Shown here: piece by piece, positions 53,071 to 63,846 of the stretch
How the letters are laid out: every line of letters begins with the position of its first letter
Position numbering within the stretch: position 1 is the first letter of the stretch
Assembly (NCBI GenBank): GCA_963776275.1
Contig: CAVZMI010000007.1
Location: 39,681-103,680, forward strand
Direction of reading: 5' to 3'
From: Ignavibacteriota bacterium
GTDB taxonomy: Bacteria > Bacteroidota > Ignavibacteria > UBA10030 > CAVZMI01
Length of the DNA stretch: 64,000 nt
The notes under the pieces: model-generated
What the model saw: only the letters and a program-made list of their open reading frames with translations
The model's database searches: none
What the model was told of the DNA's origin: nothing
Position numbers and translations under genes: made by a program

Positions 53071-56000
53071 TTATGCAGGTGAAACTTGCGATTGAGAATG
53101 AATGACTGATTTTCGATGACTTCCCTTCCCCGTATCCGCTTGCATCGGAGGAATATATTTTGGAACGATCTTCCAGAACAACGGCAGATAATCGCTCCAG
53201 TTCGTCAGCACCTTTTGCGCACGGACGCTATGGGTAAGATTCATATGTTTATATATAATCGACTGCAGAAAATGGATATCGTCTGTATTGTCGACCCCAT
53301 GGGCTGTGATAAGTGTGGAATTCAAATTCTTTTCAAAATCACCACGGATATCGAGAACGTATGCTATACCGCCCGTCATACCGGCACCGAAATTTCTTCC
53401 CACCGCGCCGAGGACGACGACGGTTCCGTTCGTCATATACTCACATCCATGATCACCGACACCCTCGACGATAGCGAGCGCTCCACTATTTCTGACAGCG
53501 AATCGTTCTCCTGTTCGACCGCTTGCAAATAATGCACCGCCGGTTGCGCCGTATAGCACGGTATTCCCAATGATGATGTCTTCAGCAGTATTCGTCCCCT
53601 GACGTGTTGGGCGGACAATAATCTCACCTCCGCACATTCCTTTTCCGACATAATCATTTGCCTCACCATCGAGCACCATTTTAATACCAGGGACCAGAAA
53701 CGCACCGAAACTCTGCCCGGCACTTCCGGTAAACCTGAGCTCAATGGTATTTTCCGGCAGTCCTCGGTCACCATAGAGATAGGCGATCTCACCGGAAAGT
53801 TTTGTGCCGACCGAGCGGTGAACATTTTTAATTTTGTATTTTATAGTAACCGGCACGCGTTCACGGATCGCATCCTTGACATCCTGAAGAATTATATCAT
53901 CCAACGGGGTACCGGGCTTATCGTTCCGGTGCCATACCCTGTATCGCTGCTCATTCTCAAAATCACGACGGGCCAGGATTCCGCTCAGATCGACTGTGTT
54001 CGCCCGCGGGTGATCGGTAATGGTCTTCTGTTGCAGTAAATCGGTTCGCCCGATCAGTTCATTCAATGAACGAAAACCAAGGCTTGCGAGAATCTGGCGA
54101 ATTTCTTCTGCAACCGCCGTAAAATATTTTATCAATTCCTCGGGCTTTCCGTCAAACCGCTTGCGCAGCCTCTCATCCTGTGTTGCAACACCTACCGGAC
54201 AACTGTTCAGATGACATTTACGAACATACCGGCATCCGAGCGATACCAGCGTCGCAGTTCCGAAATTAAATTCTTCAGCTCCGAGCATTGCACCAATAAC
54301 AATATCCCGGCCGGTTTTCATACCGCCATCGGCACGCAGTGTCACACGTTCACGGAGTCCGTTCATCACGAGCACCTGCTGTGTCTCTGCGATTCCGAGC
54401 TCCCACGGTCGCCGGCATTTTTAACCGAACTTAAGGGTGACGCTCCCGTTCCACCGTTGGATCCACTGATGAGAATGACATCGGCATATGCTTTGGCTAC
54501 ACCTGCGGCGATCGTTCCGACACCCGCCTCGGAAACAAGTTTCACACAGACACGCGCACGCGGATTCGCCTGCTTTAAATCATAGATGAGCTGCGCGAGA
54601 TCCTCGATACTATAAATATCATGATGCGGTGGCGGTGATATCAAGGGCATTCCCGGAATGGCCCGTCGGAGCTTCGCGACAAGCGGCGTCACCTTATCGC
54701 CCGGAATCTGTCCACCCTCACCCGGTTTCGATCCCTGCGCCATTTTAATTTCAATCTCTTTTGCACTCGAAAGATATTCGGCGGTGACTCCAAACCGGCC
54801 CGATGCGACCTGTTTGATTGCACTATTGGCCGAATCTCCATTAGGCAGGATCCGTGAACGACGCGGATCCTCTCCCCCTTCGCCGCTGTTACTCCGGCCG
54901 CCGATTCGGTTCATTGCAATCGCGATTGTTTCATGCGTCTCGGGTGAAATCGAACCCAACGACATCGCGGCCGTCGTGAACCAACGTCGGATATCCTCAA
55001 CCGGTTCGACTTCCTCGATCGGGATCGGACTATTCACTTTTCGAAATTCGAGCAAGTCTTTGATGCCGATTGGAGCGACGTTATCCAAAGCTTTCCGAAA
55101 CTGATCGTATTCCTCAAAGCCTTCTGATTTTCGTAATTTCTGCATCGCCCGAAGCGTCTCCGCCGACCAGGCATGGCGTTCCCCATTCTTCCGGGACCGA
55201 AACTGTCCTTCATCGAGAAGCTGACATTCGGCCGTCCCATACGCTCGTTGATGCCGTTCTATTGCATCGCGGGCTATTTCTTTCAATCCCACACCGCTGA
55301 TTCGTGACGGAGTATTCGTAAAGAACCGATCGACTACTTCCTTCGATATTCCTATCGCTTCAAAAATCTGAGCACCGCGATAGGAACCGAGGACGAGATC
55401 CCCATCTTCGATATAACTTTCAGCAATCCATCTTCAATAGCTTTCCGGAAATTATTCAAAGCCTTTGCCGATTCAGCCGGGACGATGTCGCCCAATTCTC
55501 CGGCATCTACCATAACCCGCAGCGTTTCAAATGCGAGATATGGATTTACTGCATTTGCACCATAGCCAATGAGTGTTGCAAAATGATGGACATCCCTTGG
55601 TTCACCGGTTTCCGCGACGACACTTAATTTCAACCTCTTATTCGATTTCAGCAGATGATTATGCACCGCACCAACCGCAAGCATGATAGGCATCGGGGCA
55701 TGCTCCGCATCGACTCCACGATCACTCAGAATTATGAGGTACTTGCCTTCGTCTGCGGCCTTCTCAGCCTCCCGGCAGATACTCTCGACGGCTTTCTCCA
55801 TCCCTGTTTCACCTTCCGAAGCATGGAAGAGGATGGAGATCGTGGCCGCCTGAAAAGCAGGATCTTCGAACGATCGAAGCTTCTCAAGTTCAGAATTAAA
55901 CAATACCGGCGATTCCAACAGGACCTGTTTTGCATGCTCAGGCGTCTCGGCAAACCAGTTGCGGCGATATCCCAATTTACTGTTCAGCGACATCACCAGC

Positions 56001-57622
56001 CTTTCACGGATCGGATCGATTGGCGGATTGGTTACCTGAGCAAACTGCTGCCGGAAATATGTCGGCAGAAGCTTCGGTAATTTCGAAAGTACCGACAACG
56101 GTGTGTCATCGCCCATCGATCCAACCGGCTCTTTTCCTCCTTCAGCCATCGGTTTGAGAATCATTACAAGTTCATCAATACTATAGCCGAAGCATAGTTG
56201 TTTCCGGATGAGCTCTTCCTCCGGCGGTGGCGTTATTTCCTCTTTCGACACCTTCGGAACCGTTACAAGATTAGCCTTCACCCATTCTGAATACGGATTG
56301 CGGGACGCAATTTCTTTTTTAATCTCAAGATCCCGTAAAAGTATGCCGCGCGCTGTATCGACGGCGATCATCTGTCCGGGACCGAGTTTTCCTTTCTCAA
56401 CCACGAGTGCATCATCGATATCAAGCGCTCCGACTTCGGATCCAAGAATTATAAGTCCGTCGGCTGTTAGTTTATATCGTGAAGGACGAAGTCCGTTCCG
56501 GTCAAGCGATGCTCCGACAGTGATACCATCGCTGAATATCAGCGCCGCGGTCCATCCCACGGTTCACAAAAACCCGAACAATACTCATAAAAATCCTGTA
56601 CCTGTTCATCAAGATCATTTCTCGCCCGCCACGACTCGGGAACGAGCATCATCATCGAATGAAGTGACCGGACGGCCCGTCAGGGTCATCGCTTCGAGAA
56701 CATTATCGAGATTGGCCGAGTCGCTCCCGCGCGGTTGAATCAGAGGTTTCAGTACACTGACATCTTCGCCCCGGATTTCAGCCGGGATTTCCGCCTCACG
56801 TGCCTGTGTCCAGACCCGGTTTCCCTGGATAGTATTGATCTCTCCGTTGTGCGCAAGCATCCGGAACGGCTGCGCAAGATTCCACGTGGGGAAAGTATTC
56901 GTACTGTATCGTTGATGATAGATTGCAAGGGACGATTCGAACGTTTGTTTTTTCAGATCGGGATAAAATTTATCCAGAGCCGTCGCAATCATCAATCCCT
57001 TATAGACAATGGTCCGACATGAGAACGAGGCGATATAAAAATCTTTTATATCCGTCTGTAAAACATGCTTCTCGATTTCTTTGCGTATAAGGTATAACCT
57101 CCACTCAAATTCGTCGGTGCTGCAATGCCGCGGCTTTTTCATCAAAACTTGCTGGATATAGGGCGCTGTCAATGCGGCGCTTTCACCGATGACGCTCATA
57201 TCAACGGGGACATCACGCCAGCCAAGAAGGCTGAGTCCGCGTCGTGATATACCGTATTCCACAAGTGTTTTACAAAGTATATATGCATCCGAACCGGCTT
57301 TCGGCATAAACAGCATGCCGACACCAAGCTCATCTTCCGATTCGATGCGTGAGCTCAGTCCCTGAACTTCCTCAATAAAGAATTTCACAGGCAACTGTGT
57401 CAGGATTCCGGCTCCATCACCCGTCTGTGTATCTGCCGAGACAGCGCCGCGATGCGTGAGATTGCACACCGATGTTATTGCTTTGCGGACGATATCATAG
57501 CTTTTTTTGCCCGCGATATTGGCGATGAATCCTGTTCCGCACGCATCGTGCTCCCATCGAGGATCGTACAACGGATATCCCGACATTATCTTCTCCACAC
57601 CCGCCTGAACTCCTTCCCGCAT
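53071..57622 (-). CDS. gltB: Glutamate synthase large subunit, split into four ORFs by frameshifts
   Basis: HDACGTGF, HQRYSTNTFP, QVTNPPIDP, KQVASGRFGV, CHLNSCPVG and GXGXG repeats, in the expected order across the fragments. Confidence 0.9.
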
Positions 57623-57624
57623 AA

Positions 57625-58173
57625 TTACACTTCTCCGTGAAATTCCCGCTTCAATGCAACACGCCCTGTCCGGGCAAGCTCTTTAATTACAAACGGTTTA
57701 AGCATCTTAATAAATGCATCAACTTTGTTCTCGCTCCCTGTCGCCTCGAGTGTCATCGTCTTGGCGCTGATATCCACGACTTTCGCCCTGAAGATATCCG
57801 AGATCTGCATGATTTCAGATCGCGATTGCGTCGTACATTGCACTTTTAAAAGCACCAGTTCACGTTCAACGAAACTCTCGAACGTGAGGTCTGCAACCTT
57901 AATGGTATCGATCAGTTTGTTCAACTGTTTAATAATCTGTTCAATGACCTGATCGTCTCCCCGTGTGACAATGGTCATTCGAGATACATCCCCTTCTTCA
58001 GTCGTGCCCACCGTGATGCTGTCGATGTTATATCCTTTTGCCGCAAAGAGTCCGGCAATGCGGTTGAATGCACCGAATCGATTCTCGACGAGAATGGATA
58101 TTGTGTGCTTCTGAATATGTTCTGCACCGTCGCCGCTTCCTGTTTCACGACGTGAAGTCTGTTCATGTGGCAT
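57625..58173 (-). CDS. ilvN: Acetolactate synthase small subunit
   Basis: ISILVEN..G, GYNIDS, KQLNKLID and ELARTG motifs. Confidence 0.94.
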   Translation of the reverse strand: MPHEQTSRRETGSGDGAEHIQKHTISILVENRFGAFNRIAGLFAAKGYNIDSITVGTTEEGDVSRMTIVTRGDDQVIEQIIKQLNKLIDTIKVADLTFESFVERELVLLKVQCTTQSRSEIMQISDIFRAKVVDISAKTMTLEATGSENKVDAFIKMLKPFVIKELARTGRVALKREFHGEV

Positions 58174-58177
58174 TGAT

Positions 58178-59965
58178 TTATCCTTTCCTCATTATCATTG
58201 TCTCAATAACGTCATCTTTTTCCGGCTTAGCCGGGACGCCGGGGACATCTATGATTTCGTTGACCGTCTGTCCCGCCGGGATCATCGGATACACATTCTC
58301 TTCCTGCTCCACGACAAATTCGACAAAGACCGGACCGTCGGTATGAGCCAGGGCGGTCCGGATCGCAGGCTCCACCTGTGACGAGAGTTTTACACGATAA
58401 CCGGGGATACCGTAGGCATCAGCCAGCTTAACGTAATCAGGACTGGTAATCACGACGTGTGAATACCGCCGACGCCAGAATAATTCCTGCCACTGCCGCA
58501 CCATCCCAAGAAAACCATTATTCATCACAAATATTTTTATTGGAAGTTTATTCTGTGCGATTGTAGCAAGTTCCTGAATATTCATCTGTATACCGCCGTC
58601 GCCGCTGAGGGAGAAAACCGGAAGATCCTTCCGTCCGAATGCGGCTCCCATCGATGCCGGCAGCGAGAATCCCATCGTCCCGAGACCCCCGGATGTAATG
58701 TACGACCGCGGATGAATCCACTTGAAAAATTGTGCAGTCCACATCTGATTCTGACCGACATCGGAAACCACGATCGCATTTCCGCCGGTTATTTCACCCA
58801 GCTTCTGAACCACATATTGAACACGAACCGCTTCGCTGTGCTGATACCGGAGCGGATGCTCTTCTTTCCATTGTTGAATCGTTTTCAACCAATCGGCCGT
58901 ATCAAGCGGTTTGACATATTCAAGGAGTTTCTTAAGAATATGTTTCACATCGCCGACGATCGGGACATCCACCGCCACATTTTTACTGATTGCGGTCGGA
59001 TCGATATCAATATGGATCTTCTTCGCCTCCGGTGCAAATCCCTCCACCTTCCCCGTGACACGATCATCAAATCTGGCCCCGACGGCAATCAACAGATCGC
59101 AATAATTCACAGCCATATTCGAATACCATGTGCCGTGCATTCCAAGCATGCCCAGCGCCAGTGGATTCGTCTCGGGAAACGAACCGAGTCCGTGTAATGT
59201 CGTTGCTACCGGACATCGGAGTCTTTCGGCAAGAGTACGCAATTCCACCGATGCGTTCGATGATATCGTGCCGCCGCCGACATAGAGGACCGGACGTTTC
59301 GCCGTATTGATAAGCTCTACAGCCTTTGCTATTTGCTTTGGATGTCCTTCGACGACCGGGTTATAACTGCGCATCGAGACGCTCTTTGGATAATCGAAGT
59401 GCGTCTTATGGGCCATGACGTCTTTCGGTAAATCTACCAGTACCGGTCCCGGACGTCCGGTTGTAGCAATATAGAACGCCTCTTTGATGATGCGCGCGAG
59501 CTCATTCACATCGCGGACAAGATAGCTGTGCTTCGTTATCGGCCGGGTAATACCGACGATATCGGCTTCCTGAAATGCATCATTCCCGATTAATTTCAGT
59601 GCAACCTGTCCGGTAAACACCACTATTGGAACGGAATCCATCATCGCATCAGCGATGCCAGTCACGGTATTTGTGGCTCCCGGTCCCGATGTAACAAGCG
59701 CTACCCCAGGTTTTCCGGTCGCTTTTGCATACCCTTCGGCAGCGTGGGTTGCCCCTTGCTCATGTCGGCAGAGTATATGCTTGATATCGGAGATATCGTG
59801 AAGAGCATCGTAAATGCCGATCACTGCTCCACCAGGATAGCCAAATACGACTTCGACACCCTCTTCGACAAGACTCCGGACAAAAATTTCTGCACCGGTC
59901 ATTAATCGTCGTTCCAGATGTTCTGGCTGTTTGTGCTGTCGCTGCTCTCCTTTTTGCGGTGACAT
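58178..59965 (-). CDS. ilvB: Acetolactate synthase large subunit
   Basis: FGYPGG, RHEQGA, TSGPGATN, GDG and LGMVRQWQ motifs. Confidence 0.96.
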   Translation of the reverse strand: MSPQKGEQRQHKQPEHLERRLMTGAEIFVRSLVEEGVEVVFGYPGGAVIGIYDALHDISDIKHILCRHEQGATHAAEGYAKATGKPGVALVTSGPGATNTVTGIADAMMDSVPIVVFTGQVALKLIGNDAFQEADIVGITRPITKHSYLVRDVNELARIIKEAFYIATTGRPGPVLVDLPKDVMAHKTHFDYPKSVSMRSYNPVVEGHPKQIAKAVELINTAKRPVLYVGGGTISSNASVELRTLAERLRCPVATTLHGLGSFPETNPLALGMLGMHGTWYSNMAVNYCDLLIAVGARFDDRVTGKVEGFAPEAKKIHIDIDPTAISKNVAVDVPIVGDVKHILKKLLEYVKPLDTADWLKTIQQWKEEHPLRYQHSEAVRVQYVVQKLGEITGGNAIVVSDVGQNQMWTAQFFKWIHPRSYITSGGLGTMGFSLPASMGAAFGRKDLPVFSLSGDGGIQMNIQELATIAQNKLPIKIFVMNNGFLGMVRQWQELFWRRRYSHVVITSPDYVKLADAYGIPGYRVKLSSQVEPAIRTALAHTDGPVFVEFVVEQEENVYPMIPAGQTVNEIIDVPGVPAKPEKDDVIETMIMRKG

Positions 59966-60021
59966 AACGCTCCTCGTGTTTGTGGTTAATGGGATTGATC
60001 TCTTCTATATATTTATAATGG

Positions 60022-61714
60022 TCATTCAAGATTCAAATCGGTAACGGCTCCGAGACTGCTTGATGAAACCAGTCGCGCATATTTTGCCAGAACACCCTTT
60101 GTGTATTGCGGCTTCGGGGTTTTCCATTTTTTACGCCGCCGTGCAAGCTCGGCTTTTGATACATTCAATTGCAGCAATCTTTTTTTGGCATCGATGGTGA
60201 TAGAATCTCCCTCTTTCACAAGGGCGATTGTTCCGCCGACAGCCGCTTCGGGTGCGACATGACCGACGACCATTCCGTATGTACCGCCCGAGAATCGACC
60301 ATCGGTAATAAATCCGACGGCATCGCCGAGACCGGCCCCGATGATTGCCGATGTCGGAGCGAGCATCTCGCGCATGCCGGGCCCGCCTTTCGGACCCTCA
60401 TAACGAATGACAATAATATCACCCGCTTTTATTTTACCGGAAAGAATCTCTTTCAAACATTCTTCTTCTGAATCAAATACACGAGCCGAACCGGTGATCT
60501 TTGTACTTTTAATACCGGTAATTTTCGCTACTGCTCCTTCGGTCGAGAGATTTCCTTTCAGAATTGCAAGGTGACCCTGCCGGTACAACGGATTGCTCCA
60601 TGGATGGATCACCGATTGATCTTTAGGCGGCTCCGAAGGAACATCAGCCAGCACCTCGACAATAGTCTGTCCCGTGATCGTCTTTGCATCGCCATGAAGA
60701 ACTCCGTGATCGAGCAATATTTTCATTACCTGTGGAATCCCGCCGGCGGCATGAAGCTCTGTCGTCACATATTGTCCTGATGGTTTCAGATCGCACAAAA
60801 CCGGGACACGAGGCCGCATCTTTTCAAAATCATTTATTTTCAGCGGGCACCTTTGCCGCATGCGCGATTGCCAGGAGATGCAGCACGGCGTTTGTCGATC
60901 CGCCAATAGCCATCACAACAGCCATTGCATTCTCAAATGCTTTCCTTGTCATAATCTGCCGCGGAAGAATCTGCTTCTCAACTGCCGCTGTAAGAACTTC
61001 AGCCGACCGGGCAGTACTCTCTGCCTTCTCTGCATCTTCGGCAGCCATCGTAGAAGAATAGGGCAGACTCATTCCCATCGCTTCGATCGCGGATGACATT
61101 GTATTGGCCGTGTACATACCGCCGCAGGCTCCGGCGCCCGGGCATGAATGACGCTCGACTTCGAGCAGTTCTTCATCTCCGATTTTTTTTGCGCTGTACT
61201 GACCGACGGCTTCGAACGCACTAACGATTGTCAGATCGCGTCCTTTAAGGTGTCCGGGTTTTATCGTGCCGCCATAGACAAATATAGAGGGAATATTCAT
61301 CCGTGCCATTGCAATGATGGCTCCGGGCATATTCTTATCGCACCCGCCAATTGCCAGCACACCATCCATGCATTGTGCCTGACAGACCGTCTCGATAGAA
61401 TCCGCTATCACTTCACGCGAGACGAGGGAATATTTCATTCCTTCGGTTCCCATTGAAATACCGTCGGAAACCGTAATCGTCCCGAATATCTGGGGCATTG
61501 CTCCTGCCTTACGGAGAGCAGCCATGGCACGTTCGGCGAGATCGCCGATTCCCATATTACATGGGGTCAGGTTACTATGAGCGTTCGCCACGCCGATTAT
61601 GGGCTTGCGAAAATCTCCGTCTTCAAAACCGACGGCTCGCAACATCGCCCGGTTTGGTGTCCGTTCGACACCTTCGGTAATCGTTTTACTTCTGAGGTTG
61701 AGTTTCATAGGCAT
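60022..61714 (-). CDS. ilvD: Dihydroxy-acid dehydratase (frameshift near 60846)
   Basis: [35 protein letters not shown] and TDGRFSG across two ORFs. Confidence 0.93.
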
Positions 61715-61919
61715 TCAGCTCGGAATTGTGATTGCAGGGTATTGGATTGATTATAGGAAGGAAAAACCATGGAAGCCGGCGACGTACAGGGGTGGAAGGA
61801 GCGGTCAGGGTGATACGTACATTTTGAGCGTTCCTTCCCGGCCGTTCGGCCCGGCCAACAGGTCGATCGGTACTTCATTCCGTATGTGTATGTCTTCTGC
61901 ATGATTCAACCCTCTAGAG

Positions 61920-62012
61920 CAAAAAAAACTCTTTTTCGCCAGAGGCGAACCTTGCATTACCGTTTTTTCAATGAGTTTCTTTTAGGTGTGTGCTTAGTTA
62001 GCCTCTGGCGTC
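61920..62012 (-). promoter_or_regulatory. Putative attenuator structures
   Basis: On the transcript, CGCCAGAGGC (just after the leader stop) pairs perfectly with GCCTCTGGCG. The latter alternatively forms short hairpins before a U8 run. Confidence 0.65.
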
Positions 62013-62014
62013 CT

Positions 62015-62155
62015 CTAGCCGACGATAAGGATCAGCCCGAGTACCAGAATAAGGCTAATAAGAATAACGAGGAGGTATACCGGGGAATAAGGTCGTATTT
62101 CACCGCTGTTGGCGGCGATCCTTTTGTTGAGCTCGATATTTCTGAAATTCCCCAT
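62015..62155 (-). CDS. Leu/Ile/Val-rich leader peptide (ilv/leu attenuator)
   Basis: Hand translation: MGNFRNIELNKRIAANSGEIRPYSPVYLLVILISLILVLGLILIVG*. Confidence 0.75.
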   Translation of the reverse strand: MGNFRNIELNKRIAANSGEIRPYSPVYLLVILISLILVLGLILIVG

Positions 62156-62183
62156 TGACCTGTAATTTTATAGTGTTATTACT

Positions 62184-62211
62184 AATGTAAAATTTCTAAG
62201 ATAACTGTCAA
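62184..62211 (-). promoter_or_regulatory. Candidate sigma70 promoter of the ilv-leu operon
   Basis: TTGACA-N16-TACATT on the minus strand, about 30 bp upstream of the leader ATG. Confidence 0.5.
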
Positions 62212-62518
62212 GTGTTTTTTGAATTTATTTTTATTAATTCAAATTCTGTGTAAAGACTCAATAACCTGTATATATTGGCTATTATACGCATTGTTGTTTT
62301 CTTAACTTTCCCAACGCAATAGCACATTGCTGATTGCACAAAGTAGAGAAAGGACTTGGATTGAGTGGGCGGTTGGTGTTATTCTTCTTTGTCAGCAGGA
62401 CAGCAATCTCTTGTTTTCTGTAAGAGTTTTTCTTAATTTAACTCAACTATTGCGGTAATGAAATCTGGATAGTCCCGCCCGACTTTTTATAATGTAAATC
62501 GGCGGGATCCTCAAATCT

Positions 62519-62601
62519 GGAGAGCTGGCAGAACGGCTATTGCACCGGTCTTGAAAACCGGCGCCCGCAAGGGCTTGGGGGTTCGAATCCCTCGCTCTCC
62601 G
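62519..62601 (+). tRNA. tRNA-Ser(TGA)
   Basis: GGAGAGC/GCTCTCC acceptor, CCGGT-CTTGAAA-ACCGG anticodon arm, long variable arm, GTTCGAATC. Confidence 0.95.
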
Positions 62602-62604
62602 CTT

Positions 62605-62636
62605 AAAAGCCAACCTGAATTAGGGTTGGCTTTTTT
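62605..62636 (+). terminator. Terminator after tRNA-Ser(TGA)
   Basis: AAAAGCCAACC...GGTTGGCTTTTTT. Confidence 0.8.
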
Positions 62637-62763
62637 AAAGGAGCCCGACAAATACTAAAGTACCATAAAAACATGGAATCGTCGGGATTCTTAACTCTGC
62701 AGTCGTACTATCTAGTAGTTTATAAAAATTTCCCCCTTTAATCAGCCGGATCACAACTGAATA

Positions 62764-63324
62764 TTATTTTTGTTGAATATTACGTTTAATATCCCATCCA
62801 CCCTGAGTAGTTACTCCTGTCGTGCCATCAGGCTCTACGGAAGTGTATTCCCATTTGATTTTTTCATAACTGAAAGTTACCTCTTCGACCGGAAGTTCTT
62901 CCGCTTCATTCTTGACTTTGAAACTCGCGATGCGAACGTCCTCAAGTGTGATTTTATAGAATTCAACATAGGAACCAAGTGAACCAGCCTTCAGGCATAC
63001 CAACTCCACTTTCCCCATTATTTCGCCTTTTGAACAGATGAGTTCCAAAGCCGAACTGGCCAGGTCTACAGACTTAACAATCTTTATGTCCTGAAAAACG
63101 GCCTTAGTCGCACCCAAGCCTGCGGTCGCAACATTCATAGTAACACCCTGCTCAAAAGATATCACCTTAATCCAATCCCTGTAACGACGCTCCACAACCT
63201 CACCTTTTACAGGATTAGTTGCGTTTAAGATGTTAAGATAATATTTGGGTGCCGGCTGTTGTGAATATGTAACCATTGATGCAAACAGAAAAAATGCTCC
63301 TAACGGAACTAGAATTTTTCTCAT
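62764..63324 (-). CDS. hcp: Hcp (T6SS tube)-family protein with N-terminal signal peptide
   Basis: VKGE...DWIKVISF, KSVDLAS, FYKITLEDVRIAS, EEVTFSYEKIKWEY and GWDIKRN, preceded by MRKILVPLGAFFLFASMVTYSQQ. Confidence 0.85.
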   Translation of the reverse strand: MRKILVPLGAFFLFASMVTYSQQPAPKYYLNILNATNPVKGEVVERRYRDWIKVISFEQGVTMNVATAGLGATKAVFQDIKIVKSVDLASSALELICSKGEIMGKVELVCLKAGSLGSYVEFYKITLEDVRIASFKVKNEAEELPVEEVTFSYEKIKWEYTSVEPDGTTGVTTQGGWDIKRNIQQK

Positions 63325-63502
63325 GGTTGACCTCAGTGTTGTGTATGTAGGATACGTTGATAGTAAGCTGTGCTCTCGAACAGATTTAGTATGCGGGGGT
63401 TCTCTCCCGATCTTTCCTGGACTATTTCGATTTACTATCTAAATATTTAGTAAGCAATAAAGAACTCGTACTACGTTAGGAGCGGCATCTGGAAATTAAT
63501 AT

Positions 63503-63620
63503 GGTTCGACTCGTCCCGACTCTGTCGGGACTCGCTCACCACAGGTTCCACTCCTGACGGTGTTCTGAATTATTTTGGCTATTTGAAAATACTAACAAGA
63601 TTCCGTCCCTATCGGGACTC
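63503..63620. repeat. REP-like palindromes
   Basis: GTCCCGAC-TCT-GTCGGGAC nested in TTCGACT..CGCTCACCAC, and GTCCCTATCGGGAC. Confidence 0.6.
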
Positions 63621-63663
63621 GGTAACCGATTGATGATTATGTATTTTAATGATAAAGCGTACA

Positions 63664-63846
63664 TCAGTTTTTTCTATGCTTCGTTTTATCAACTAGAATA
63701 TAAGTATCACCAGACTTTGGTGGTGGTGGAAGAGGTTCACCTTTGGTGACAGTTCTTTCATTACCTGTGTGACCACCACGAGGGCCTATGATTTCGTATT
63801 GACCCGATCTTGGAGCCGTTTCACCTGGCTTGAATTCTTTAGACAT
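63664..63846 (-). CDS. YjzC-like small protein
   Basis: FKPGETAPRSGQYEIIGPRGG..ERTVTKGEPLPP motif. AGGAGA RBS. Confidence 0.8.
   Translation of the reverse strand: MSKEFKPGETAPRSGQYEIIGPRGGHTGNERTVTKGEPLPPPPKSGDTYILVDKTKHRKN

Noticed and set aside
18834-60906. Programmed frameshifting or mass pseudogenisation (DUF1207-like gene, folB, porin, pstB, ilvD)
   Set aside because: The single-base indels fall in unrelated conserved genes, often at short homopolymers and without obvious slippery sites. Consensus sequencing error is simpler.
61705-61902. 65-aa ORF between the attenuator and ilvD
   Set aside because: No recognisable motif and weak coding features. It cannot be supported without conservation data.
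62519-62601. Selenocysteine or opal suppressor tRNA
   Set aside because: The anticodon is TGA (reads UCA, Ser), not TCA.
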